NCBI GenBank assembly: GCA_040437565.1
Contig: JBDOQK010000043.1
Coordinates: forward strand, 297,096 to 317,095
Direction: 5' to 3'
Source of the DNA: Albugo candida
Lineage: Eukaryota
Length of the DNA stretch: 20,000 bases
A program made the translations under genes and the position numbers. Numbering within the stretch: the stretch's first letter is position 1; each line of letters opens with the position of its first letter. Positions 1 through 9,290 of the stretch are shown piece by piece. The notes under the pieces were generated by a model, which did no database searches, was not told where the DNA came from, and saw only the letters and a list, made by a program, of their open reading frames with translations.

Positions 1-1
1 T

Positions 2-283
2 TTTGCTCGTCAAATAGTCGCATCTGGGAAATTTCTCAACGAATTGAGTACATTCATTCTGAGCGAAGACATCGATCTGTGCGAGAGCAGTGTCGACGCA
101 TTGTATGAAATCATGCAAATAAATGCGGAATTCAAAAAAATTTGTCGTCAACCATCGTTCCAAATCAGTGACCGATTGGATCAAAAATTGATTGCTTTGG
201 ATTCATTGAAGGAAGAAGAAAAACAATATTTTGTAGAAACTCGAAAGAAAGTCTCCGATTTGCGTAATTGGATGCAAAGCTGA
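2..283 (+). CDS. 3' end of a gene running in from the left edge; ARM-like C-terminus resembling Hsp70 nucleotide-exchange factors (Fes1/HSPBP1/SIL1)
   Basis: Frame is open from position 2 (FARQIVASGKFLNELSTF...) to TGA at 281-283. ILSEDIDLCESSVDALYEI and ICRQPSFQISDRL resemble Fes1/HSPBP1 C-terminal segments as I recall them. Only the last ~93 aa are visible. Confidence 0.45.
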   Translation, partial: FARQIVASGKFLNELSTFILSEDIDLCESSVDALYEIMQINAEFKKICRQPSFQISDRLDQKLIALDSLKEEEKQYFVETRKKVSDLRNWMQS

Positions 284-370
284 ATTGCCATTTCATAACT
301 TCCACGATATCTATAATGCATGCATTCTTCGGATAATAACCTTTTCGCTAGCTTTGGCAGTCTTCAATAA

Positions 371-700
371 CTATTCCGTTAATTCACGCTTCGACCCACA
401 CTGTGCACAGAATTTCGCGTGAATGGGTTCATAGACTAGATTACAGTTGATACATCGATCCTGATGTTGCTCTTTGTTTTGAATTTTGATTTGATACATC
501 TTATGGTAATATCGCATTCGGTCTAATTCCTCGTTTCCTTCTCTCAGAAGAAGTTTGATGGCACCAGCATCTCTCAGATTCTTCTGATCGCGGAACTTTA
601 GTGCAATGTATGTCTTCATCATCTCGCGATGCTGCCATTCCGGACACTTGCGAGCTGATCGAAGGCAATCGCGATATAATCGTAACACATACTCCCGCAT
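371..700 (-). CDS. LYR-motif (Complex1_LYR family) mitochondrial protein with a C-terminal zinc ribbon, 109 aa
   Basis: N-terminal VLRLYRDCLRSAR (LYR motif), downstream conserved F in LKFRDQK and helix-3 LLREG. C-terminus has CINC-x11-CAQCG. Confidence 0.85.
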   Translation of the reverse strand: MREYVLRLYRDCLRSARKCPEWQHREMMKTYIALKFRDQKNLRDAGAIKLLLREGNEELDRMRYYHKMYQIKIQNKEQHQDRCINCNLVYEPIHAKFCAQCGSKRELTE

Positions 701-984
701 CTCGCTCTATTGGCTAGAAATCGCCGATAGTTCATGCTTTGCATTCGGTCATTTTCGTAGAAAAAAAAGATAATTAACGCTCGATAGAAGGAGGTGACTA
801 CTGTTTATTACATGATTTAATAATAAATTCGATAATCTGATTGACATGGATGAATTTTGACAGTATTTGGCTCGTTACGATCACGAGAGAGTCATCCTTC
901 TCCTTCTGCTTCATTCTCAGTGACGCTTCAACAACTCTTCCGTTACATTGGGTACTCGCGATTGGATATTGCTATCCTCAATCA

Positions 985-1760
985 TTAGTTGAACGATTTC
1001 TCTGTCGAAGTTTCCGTCCGTTCTCTCATGATGGAATCGATGATTCCAAAATTGACCGCTTCTTCTGGGTCCATGAACAAATCACGATCCATTGCTTTCT
1101 CAATCTTGACAATTGATTTCCCGGTGTGCAAGGAATACAATTTGTTTAGTCTGAAGCAAGCTCGTAAACAAAATGGAACGATGTTCAATTCTATAATTGT
1201 GACAAAACCTGTGGCGAAGTTTGATGATCTCTTCAGCGTGAATTGCAATATCACTCGCCATCCCTTGTGTACCTCCCGATGGTTGATGGATCATGATCTG
1301 CACATATCGATGATTATAAGATGTAGGACTATGTATCAATATGTACCCTAGAATTCGGAAGCGCGCAACGATGGCCCGGTGCACCGCCTGCCAGTAAGAG
1401 TGCAGCCATAGAAGCTGCTTGTCCGAGACACAAAGTCTTTACTTTTGAGTGGATGTATTGCATTGTATCGAATATAGCCAGTCCTGACGTCACAATTCCT
1501 CCTGGACTATTGATGTACATGTATATGTCTTTTTCAGGTTGTTCCGATTCCAAATATAATAATTGAGCCGTCACAAGCGACGAAAGCGTATCATCAATGG
1601 GTCCTTGCACAAATACAATTCTTTCTTTCAAAAGTCTCGAGTAGATATCGTACGCTCTCTCTCCTGAATGAGACTTTTCCAACACGATCGGAATGTATGA
1701 AGATAAACGGGCAAACTGCTTTGAAGAGCGCATCAACTTCCAGCGTTGGATACCGAACAT
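985..1760 (-). CDS. clpP: ATP-dependent Clp protease proteolytic subunit (probably mitochondrial), 3 exons: 1760-1347, 1297-1209, 1150-985; 222 aa
   Basis: Motifs [28 protein letters not shown] (catalytic Ser), IMIHQP (His) and RDLFM (Asp). GT-AG introns at 1346-1298 (49 bp) and 1208-1151 (58 bp) join three ORF-track fragments into a 669-nt CDS. The basic, acid-free N-terminus fits a mitochondrial transit peptide. Confidence 0.95.
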
Positions 1761-1874
1761 AGCGCGTAAGTTGTGCTCGTACGTACTGAATGTCTGTTAA
1801 ATTCGCCTCATTTGGCTGGCTGACAATTTGCGCCATCCAATCGCTGACACAAAGCATTCTCCAAGTTAAGAGCA
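1761..1874. promoter_or_regulatory. 114-bp divergent (bidirectional) promoter region between clpP and RPS8
   Basis: Start codons at 1760 (-) and 1875 (+) face away from each other. CCAAT at 1837-1841. TCATTT/GCATTC initiator-like words near 1808 and 1854. Confidence 0.55.
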
Positions 1875-2687
1875 ATGGGTACGTCCTCTGCACATATCAC
1901 GTTCGCCTTGATGCGAGTGGAAGTATAAGAGCCGACCAAAGCTTCGAGAAACCCTTGTAGTTTTGGTCAGCTCTCGTTCTTACCACGTGATGTCATATTC
2001 ACTGCTGTATCCCTTTTTTCGTGCAGCATTCGAATATGTCCGACAATGCTTACTATCTCTGTATTGGTAGGTATCTCTCGTGATTCTCGTCACAAACGCC
2101 GTGAAACTGGTGGAAAGCGAAAGCAATTCCGCAAGAAGCGAAAGTTTGAGTTGGGGCGACAACCGGCCAACACAAAACTAGGAGGAAAGCGTGTTCACCG
2201 CGTACGTGTTCGTGGAGGACATTTCAAGTTCCGTGCATTGCGTTTGGAAACTGGAAACTTTTCGTGGGGAAGTGAAGCCGTTTCTCGAAAAACGAGGATT
2301 TTGGATGTCGTTTACAACGCGTCAAATAATGAATTGGTGCGAACTAAGACACTGGTTAAGAGCGCTGTTGTTTCCATTGATGCAACTCCCTTCCGACACT
2401 GGTATGAAACTCATTATGGAGTCAAAATTGGTGTGAAAAAGAATACAGAAAGCACAGAAAAAGTTGAACAAGAAAAGAAATCCGACCACGTCATGCGAAA
2501 ACTTGCTCAACGACAACGTGGCCGTATTTTTGACCCGAAACTTGACGACCAGTTTATGTCAGGGCGAATCCTGGCATGTGTCTCATCTCGTCCTGGACAA
2601 TCTGGACGTGCAGATGGTTACATCTTAGAAGGCAAAGAACTGGAGTTTTACCAGCGTAAACTGGCCACTAAGAAATCGAAAAAGTGA
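1875..2687 (+). CDS. RPS8: 40S ribosomal protein S8 (eS8); exons 1875-1878 and 2071-2687; 206 aa
   Basis: ATGG|gtacgt...tggtag|GTATC splicing gives the canonical [12 protein letters not shown] start. Motifs [35 protein letters not shown] and [20 protein letters not shown] are present. The ORF-track start at 2046 lies within the intron. Confidence 0.97.
1894..2048 (+). ncRNA. Candidate structured intronic RNA (H/ACA-snoRNA-like or splicing-regulatory element) in the RPS8 intron
   Basis: Stems: 1929-1943/1959-1973 (15 bp, 1 mismatch, 1 GU); 1894-1902/1985-1993; 1994-2000/2032-2038; 2003-2010/2021-2028. ACA at 2043-2045. No clean ANANNA H box. Confidence 0.35.
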
Positions 2688-3967
2688 TTGTGCTGAGACA
2701 TTGCGGGCTTTCAATAGTCGAAGAACCATGAGAGGATTGGAGTAATCAAATACGCAAATTTGCACCATTGCCGCTATTACAAGTGATCTTGTCTTGCTTG
2801 ACCTGTACTGGACTCTGCTCTGCTCTCCTGTTCCATGTCTTATATCGCAATGGTTCACAGCCAAGTAGCTCTATTTCCTGACTACGCGATGCTCTGAAGC
2901 ATTGCTTGTTGATATCGATATCAATAGTTTATCCCTCCTTAATGGACTTTGACGCCACACCATTCTAATGCTCTCACTGATGAAAATCACATCTGCGATA
3001 ATTTCTTTCTCAACGCCTAACGAAAGCGAGGTAGAACCAGGCGATACCGTGCTTTGATCTTGACGTTTCCAATTCTCGCGGTGAATGCTGTGGCATTTCT
3101 TACGTTAATAAGAAATGGTCATAGGAACGGTAGGCTATCTCTTGGAGTTGTACAATAAAGGCCGCTTAGGTTCTTCAGTACACATCCTTTGGTTCTACAA
3201 GTCGTATTTTGGGTATCGAACATTTGCGCTGTAAAGCTGAACTTTGATATATTCTGTTCGTCGCCTCCCGAGTCGTTAGACGTGCGACCTCGCATTTACA
3301 AGTCGGCATTAACGGAAAGCTTACTGAGGCAGTGAGTAATTACAAGTTGGTACATATGCAAGATTGAGACTTTAATTGCAAAAAGGGATTTGCCGTCATT
3401 CAGTTTCGCTGGTCTATTGATCACACTGATGATTATAATCGTGCTGATCAATATTGCTACTTATACAGCATGTGACACTTTTGCGTGTGGTTGCTTGACG
3501 ATCGCATTCAGATTTTGCGATCGATCTCAATCTGTCAAAGTGCTTGTGTGGGTATGTTATCAGCACACGAGAGCTTGAAGATTGCTACATCATGTGTTTC
3601 GCTATCGCAGGCAATGACAACCAATGCGTTTTGCGCTTGCAAGTCGTTTCTGACCCGTCATCAATGTTTTATTGTAGTTTTTCCATGAATTTGAGGATCT
3701 TGGAGCAGCCTACAAGACCTCAAGTTTCATGTATTTGGCTTTGAATGTGTCCACTCAGTATTCGAGTGATCCAGGCTGATGCGAATTGTCGAAGCGCGGC
3801 AGTGAGCCCGGCCCAAGGTTTGAATGGCTTTGACCAGAACAGGTTCTACCAATGACGACAAATCGGGATAATATAAAACTATGACGTCACGTCATAGAGC
3901 TCAAAGTCGAAATGTATCAGATATTGGATGTCACGTGCTCGCTTCTTGAGATTTTTTTATAACTCGA

Positions 3968-5164
3968 CTAAAAGCAACCCTTGAAAATCGCATTCCAGCA
4001 TCCAGTGTTTGGTGGCTCTGGATCTCTCTTCTGTTCAGCCTTGCCGATAGCATCTTCCTTTTGTAAGTTATCCTCCCTCATCCTTGATTCTTCCTTCAGA
4101 TCCAAATCATATTCCTCTGCAATGTTCACCATGTTATCTTCCACGAAGAGATACGTATATGGATGATTCGCTGTATTTATTACAATTTGATAACTTCTCA
4201 AAATGGAAGATCCCAGTATCCAGTCATTATCATCTTTCTTTGAATCTTCAATGAGAAGAGTACAAGTGTCACCATTTCTGACAAACGATTGGGGTGGATT
4301 GTGCTTTGAGGTATGATCTGAAAAGAAAATATATAAGGCGAGCTGGTCGCCATGAAATGGTTTCGATGTTTTGATGTAGGCGACGAGTGACGCGCACTCT
4401 CCTTGATAACGACCATCTTCTAGTTTCGGGTCGCGCACCTTTTCCTTGAAGATATCCCAAAAATTCTTGGATTTGCTAGTCGGAATCAAGGTGACCTCGT
4501 TACCAAGTTCGACTGTAACCCTCTGATCCTTATACTCTATGCCTCCAAATTGGATGCTGCATTTCTCCATTTCCTTCACCGATAGCTTAGTTTGATAATT
4601 CGGTCCTTTTGAATCTGGTGAAGTTAATTGGAGAGTAGGACCATGATCCTTCACCCATTTGAATAGAGAAGTCCCTTGACTGATTTTTAGGACAGCCTGA
4701 ATGCTGAGACTTGGACTTGGGAGAGACTATAATTGGTTGCTTCTAACCAGCGAATTTAAAGATTCCAAACTCATTTTCCACACGACATGCGTTTCTCGTT
4801 TATATTTAGCGGCTTCGAAACATCTCACAACTTCCACGATATAACCCTCAAATAAACCAGAAGACCATCTCGGCAGCACGCATGGACTCTTTATGAGAAA
4901 TGTCACGTCAAACAAGAAATCAGTAAACGAAGGTGTGGTTTCCTTCTTTGACTTTTTCTTAGTAGGAGGGCTCTTCACAAATGTTCCGTCGGGCATCATT
5001 CTAACCAAAGAAGATATGTCAACACTCAGGCCTCGCTGACCTACCTCTCCTGTCTTTCCTGATACTATGATCGTTTCCATGTGAGAAACATCGAAACAGT
5101 TTGATTGAGATTGAGCTGCATTCAATAAGACAAGACCGCACATTTTGAATGTAAGTGTCTTCAT
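3968..5164 (-). pseudogene. Secreted pepsin-like (A1 aspartic protease fold) protein, catalytically degenerate, interrupted by one in-frame TAG (4727-4729); ~398 codons
   Basis: ATG at 5164 gives signal-peptide-like MKTLTFKMCGLVLLNAAQS. The ORF-track pieces 4727-5362 and 3968-4654 share a frame and are separated by one TAG. CTLLIE...WILGSSILRSYQIVIN matches the pepsin C-terminal WILGxxFLRxYYxVFD motif. Catalytic positions read LSVDISS and VTVELGN. Confidence 0.65.
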
Positions 5165-6184
5165 CTCTACTGTGATATTTGTATAATGCTGGAATAGAGG
5201 GTTATTCTCGCATTGCAAACTTAATATACGTGCACGCACGTATTGAATCCCCTTGACCAAGGCCACGGTTTTTTCAATTTGACAACTAGTTCGTCTGATT
5301 GTACTTACGTTGTTGCAATCTGGTAGGACATGGTTTACCTCATAACTTGATAAACCTAGCAAGTATCGTTTTTTAGAATTCCAGATTTATTACAGTATTT
5401 TTAGGAAATTGCTATTTCCACCCCCCACGTGGCTTTCTGACCAATCAGATTACAGCGATATCCAAGATATGGCTGCGGTTTCACAGTCTTGCATCCCGAT
5501 TGAAAGTATTAGAACTCATAGTTACACACCTAAACCATTTCTAGATCAGCCAGCTTTCTCATGCTTTTCGTTGTACAGCGTCGTTCGCAATAGTAGAGTA
5601 TGCATTTACGGATCGCCATCATCTGTCGTCTGAATACTACATCTTGCGAGAAAGTATTTGGAAGTTGAAGTACGTTTAGTCTGGTCTGAGAAATGGACTG
5701 ATAACGACAGCAAGCTTTTGCCGTATTTCTTTAACACGAGCAAAAGGTTAAAATACGTTGTAAATACTTTTTTTTTTGTAACTTGATTAAGACGGTTCCC
5801 AAGCGCACAGACGCCCTGCCGTTGTACTGTTATGGAATGGGCTATCGTTTCTAAATGTTGCACGTAGCTGCTTTTAGTGAACTTGACATCTTCATGCCGC
5901 TATGCCGTTTGTGTGCATCGCCCGAATTTCAAAGTGACCTGTGTTGCAATCGAGTGCATGTTTGCGAAAGCTTCTGCCAGCACAATTTTTTGTACTGGAA
6001 AGGGTACTGTACATTATCTCTTACGGATGCGACAAGGATAGCGGATTTTCAATACACTTGGAGTAATGCCGTCCATGGCAGCTTATATGCATCCAGGGGT
6101 GTTCTACCAATCAATACTTTCGAGAGAAGTGCTTAAAACATTAAAAGTTGGTGGACATGGTATTTCCCTATTTTTACCATGGAA

Positions 6185-6272
6185 GCGCATCCAACACAGT
6201 ACTTTTATACATAAGATTACTAAGCTGCGCATCCAACACAACACTTTTATACATAAGATTACTAAGCTGCGC
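6185..6272. repeat. 42-bp tandem duplication (2 copies plus 4 bp)
   Basis: gcgcatccaacaca(gt/ac)acttttatacataagattactaagct at 6185-6226 and 6227-6268, with 2 mismatches. Confidence 0.95.
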
Positions 6273-7144
6273 CTCCTTCGCCAAGTTGATAACGTTGCAC
6301 TGTCAAAATTGGCACTTGTTGCATTCAGTCTGAAGGGAACGCGTACTCAACACACAGAGATTCTACGTGATAGCGCACCTACGAGACAGCTCGAGTCACG
6401 TGCGCAATAACAGGAAAAAGTAAACGTAAACGTAAAGGGACAAAGCGCTGCTATTACTCAAAAGGATGGATTCTGTGGAGATGGAGTTTGTACTTGTAAG
6501 GAATTTCAATGAAACGACATCAAATAATGGAAAAGTGATCGGTAAGAAAGTTTGATTTTAGCTCTAACAGCCCGCAGCCTCACAATCTCCAAAAAGCAAT
6601 TTGACAGACCAGTGCGCTGCAATCGTGCAATATGAAAGGAAGCGATTCGAATGTGCCTCCTCTATTGAAGATATATTCATGGTTCGAATAAAATCTAATC
6701 TGGTTCAGATTATCACGAAGCTTCAGCTCGGCATTCCTAGTTTACTATTATACCGCGTCGATGAAAGATACCGTGTATCATGACAAGTTCTGATTCTTGA
6801 TAATCTCAACATCATTTCGAGACAAGAAGAGGAAATAACGTGTGACTACATCAGCTCGATCTATGAAGCAGACAATATAGAATATTGCGATCGGTACAAT
6901 ACCACGAAAGCTCAAAGCAGCACAAAAACATTATAACGGCAGCAGGCGTTTATGCCGCCGATGGGTTGGAGCAATAGCTTGACGATAGTTTGCAATACTT
7001 ACCACATAATGTTGTACCAAACGCAGGCATAATCTCAAACAATTACTACAATAGACAGTATTTTATGTACCAACCTTCGGACAACATCGACATCATCTAC
7101 CATCCAATTCTTTTGTGATCTCGACACTTTTTTGTCATCATAAA

Positions 7145-9028
7145 ATGGTGAAGAAACGTCGCGCAACCTCTATCGATAGCCAGCATGATCAAAAACAACC
7201 CCAATCAATTACTGACAGTAATTTGAATGAATCAAATCGCTTGATTTTGGAGAAAAGCGACGGTGAAAGTCAGCCCGGCTTCTTGCAATTTTTCTGGGAA
7301 CTTGCGGATCACGATGCCCCTGTGCGTACTTCTTCGGTCCATAGCCTCATCACGTACATAGAATCTCTCTCTGACGCTGCAACGCAACAGGAAAAGCTCC
7401 AATACACACTCAAACGCCTCATTCGCGGCCTGGCATCGTCTCGAGATGCTGCCCGTCAAGGCTTTAGTGTAGCTCTTGCGAGTCTCTTGCAGTCTTTTCC
7501 CCAACTCGACCTACAAGAAACAATCAATTTACTGAATGAATACTTGCAAATACGTCCGTCTATGAAGAGTATGGAGCAACGAGACAATCAATTCGGTCAG
7601 ATTTTTGGTATTATGGCCATTTATTCATCCAAACGACTCAGTGCAGAATCTGAAGATGCAGCAAAGTACCTTCCACTGTTGATTCTCAAGCTCATTGATA
7701 TCTCTAAATGGAAAAAATGGATCCGTGAGGTTTGTTATGAATGCATTCTGAGATTACTGCCTCAAGTTACGGAAGATATCTTCTTAGAAGCTCTTATAGA
7801 GCCTCTGAGCTCCTTATTACGTGCTTTATGGGAAGAGTATGAGCCCGAACAGCTCCAACTGCTTCTTGGAGTGTATCACTACGTTGAGACCAATACCCTG
7901 ACCGAAAACGAATTTGTCACTCCAATTTTCGGCAAGAAGGAGCCGTTGCTCACGGCTACTAACGTAAAGCTCTTTTCAAAAGCATTCAAAGCGTCTTCCT
8001 CATGCTATCCGCGGATACATTCGTTATGGTACGGGCTTTTGGCAGCATTACTGTCTCAGGATGACGATAAAACTCCTCAATCCTTCACTTTGTTTGAAGA
8101 CATTTGGAAAGCACTGGTGGATGATCTATTGCTCGAGGATGAGCATACGACACATGAGCGCAAGGGACTGGTTTTCAAGCTTTTTGAACTGATTCTTACA
8201 AAAGTCCCGGCCACGGTACTACACGGAACCATCCTCAGCCACAAATTGGTCACGTGTTTGTGTAACAACGCACTCAAACCCTCCAATTACCTTCATGCAG
8301 CTGCAAAGCATTGTTTCCGAATATTCGCAAGCAGCTTGCCAGCTGAATTCATCCGTTTTTTGGAACAGCAGATACTGTATCCGTCCAAACTTGCAGCGAC
8401 CTTGGAAGCAAAACCATACGATTTAACGATGGACAAGGATGCACAACCGACGAGTTTGCTTGAGATCGAAGAAGAGCGCGATTTTGCCCAAGATTTGGAG
8501 AAAAGAGTACATCACATTCGAGTATGGGCACTCGATCAATTAATTCAAATTGTTTCTCAAGACATTCTCAAGCACGACAAAAACGATATGGAATCAAAAG
8601 GCTGGCAAGAACCTCTCGAATTTCTCGTCAGTTTCGCATTCTTTGAACGTAACAAAGCCGCACCGGAGAAAGNNNNNNNNNNNNNNNNNNNNNNNNNNNN
8701 NNNNNNNNNNNNNNNNNNNNNNNNNNNNNNNNNNNNNNNNNNNNNNNNNNNNNNNNNNNNNNNNNNNNNNNNGACTCCAGAATCCGATGTAGAAGCAAAG
8801 GTGCCCATGAAAGCCAAGCGAATCAAAACGATCATTACACTCGCTCGAGAGTACTTGCAAACGTGCACCAAACTCCAATCCCAATCGTGTTCGATGGACG
8901 ACAACAAACGTCTCCAGACCGATATGCAGGCGGTGTTGAAAGGTGTAGCGTCCTTTACAGCCGCTTCCAAGTCGCCTGTTTACGTTAAAGAGCTTGAAAA
9001 GTTGCTGAGCTTGCAACCAGCAATTTGA
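7145..9028 (+). CDS. POL5: Pol5/Myb-binding protein 1A family nucleolar ribosome-biogenesis factor ('DNA polymerase phi'); middle ~1.6 kb missing in a scaffold gap; inferred ~1131 aa
   Basis: ATG at 7145 (MVKKRR, NLS-like). FFWELA and YTLKRLIRGLASSRDAARQGFSVALASLL are the hallmark N-terminal Pol5/MYBBP1A motifs. The paralogous copy supplies the missing part, with DPVAVLIDILLSML, an acidic tract and IHFQLRVLDLLQVY. Confidence 0.85.
   Translation: MVKKRRATSIDSQHDQKQPQSITDSNLNESNRLILEKSDGESQPGFLQFFWELADHDAPVRTSSVHSLITYIESLSDAATQQEKLQYTLKRLIRGLASSRDAARQGFSVALASLLQSFPQLDLQETINLLNEYLQIRPSMKSMEQRDNQFGQIFGIMAIYSSKRLSAESEDAAKYLPLLILKLIDISKWKKWIREVCYECILRLLPQVTEDIFLEALIEPLSSLLRALWEEYEPEQLQLLLGVYHYVETNTLTENEFVTPIFGKKEPLLTATNVKLFSKAFKASSSCYPRIHSLWYGLLAALLSQDDDKTPQSFTLFEDIWKALVDDLLLEDEHTTHERKGLVFKLFELILTKVPATVLHGTILSHKLVTCLCNNALKPSNYLHAAAKHCFRIFASSLPAEFIRFLEQQILYPSKLAATLEAKPYDLTMDKDAQPTSLLEIEEERDFAQDLEKRVHHIRVWALDQLIQIVSQDILKHDKNDMESKGWQEPLEFLVSFAFFERNKAAPEKXXXXXXXXXXXXXXXXXXXXXXXXXXXXXXXXXXTPESDVEAKVPMKAKRIKTIITLAREYLQTCTKLQSQSCSMDDNKRLQTDMQAVLKGVASFTAASKSPVYVKELEKLLSLQPAI
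8673..8772. other. Scaffold gap (100 N); true size probably ~1.6 kb
   Basis: Gap flanks match 14971-14980 and 16593 onward in the paralog, which are separated by 1612 bp. Confidence 0.95.
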
Positions 9029-9029
9029 C

Positions 9030-9290
9030 AGAGTTGACGCACACAGGAGATAGAATTCCATGCATTGATAATTTCAAGTTCATACAACATATTCCTTAGC
9101 GTTATGTGTTCGTTCTCCGCAATATGCACAAATTCCTGCAATAGTGTTGAAACGAAAGCTTGAAGGATCAAAATAAAGGCATAGTCATGGAACGAGTATG
9201 TTCGGGAAGATGCAAAGCGCTGAGTGAACTGGGTATCCTGGTCAGCAAATTCCCAGCTGGCGCAAAGCATTTGGCAACAAGCTGACTTGT
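9030..9290 (-). pseudogene. Decayed minus-strand coding relic of unknown family (copy 1; may extend to ~9900)
   Basis: Homologous to 17123-17496. Substitutions concentrate at third codon positions in the frame QFTQRFASSRxYSF. Frameshifts and stops occur elsewhere. Confidence 0.45.

Noticed and set aside
1940-1960. GAGAAACCCTTG in the RPS8 intron resembling part of a TPP riboswitch
   Set aside because: Lacks the CUGAGA and CCUGAU...UAAU...GCG core, and the host gene is unrelated to thiamine.
1987-1993. C-box-like GTGATGT suggesting a C/D snoRNA
   Set aside because: No CTGA D box downstream within the intron.
2046-2070. ORF-track N-terminus MLTISVLV for RPS8
   Set aside because: This is intron sequence; splicing from ATGG at 1875-1878 restores the canonical MGISRD start.
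5409-6783. Several short overlapping ORFs (60-114 aa)
   Set aside because: No recognisable motifs, mostly non-ATG starts or mutual overlaps; consistent with random ORFs.
7145-9028. POL5 ('DNA polymerase phi') as a mobile-element or viral polymerase
   Set aside because: Pol5/MYBBP1A is an ARM-like nucleolar ribosome-biogenesis factor; no family-B polymerase, capsid or integrase motifs are nearby.
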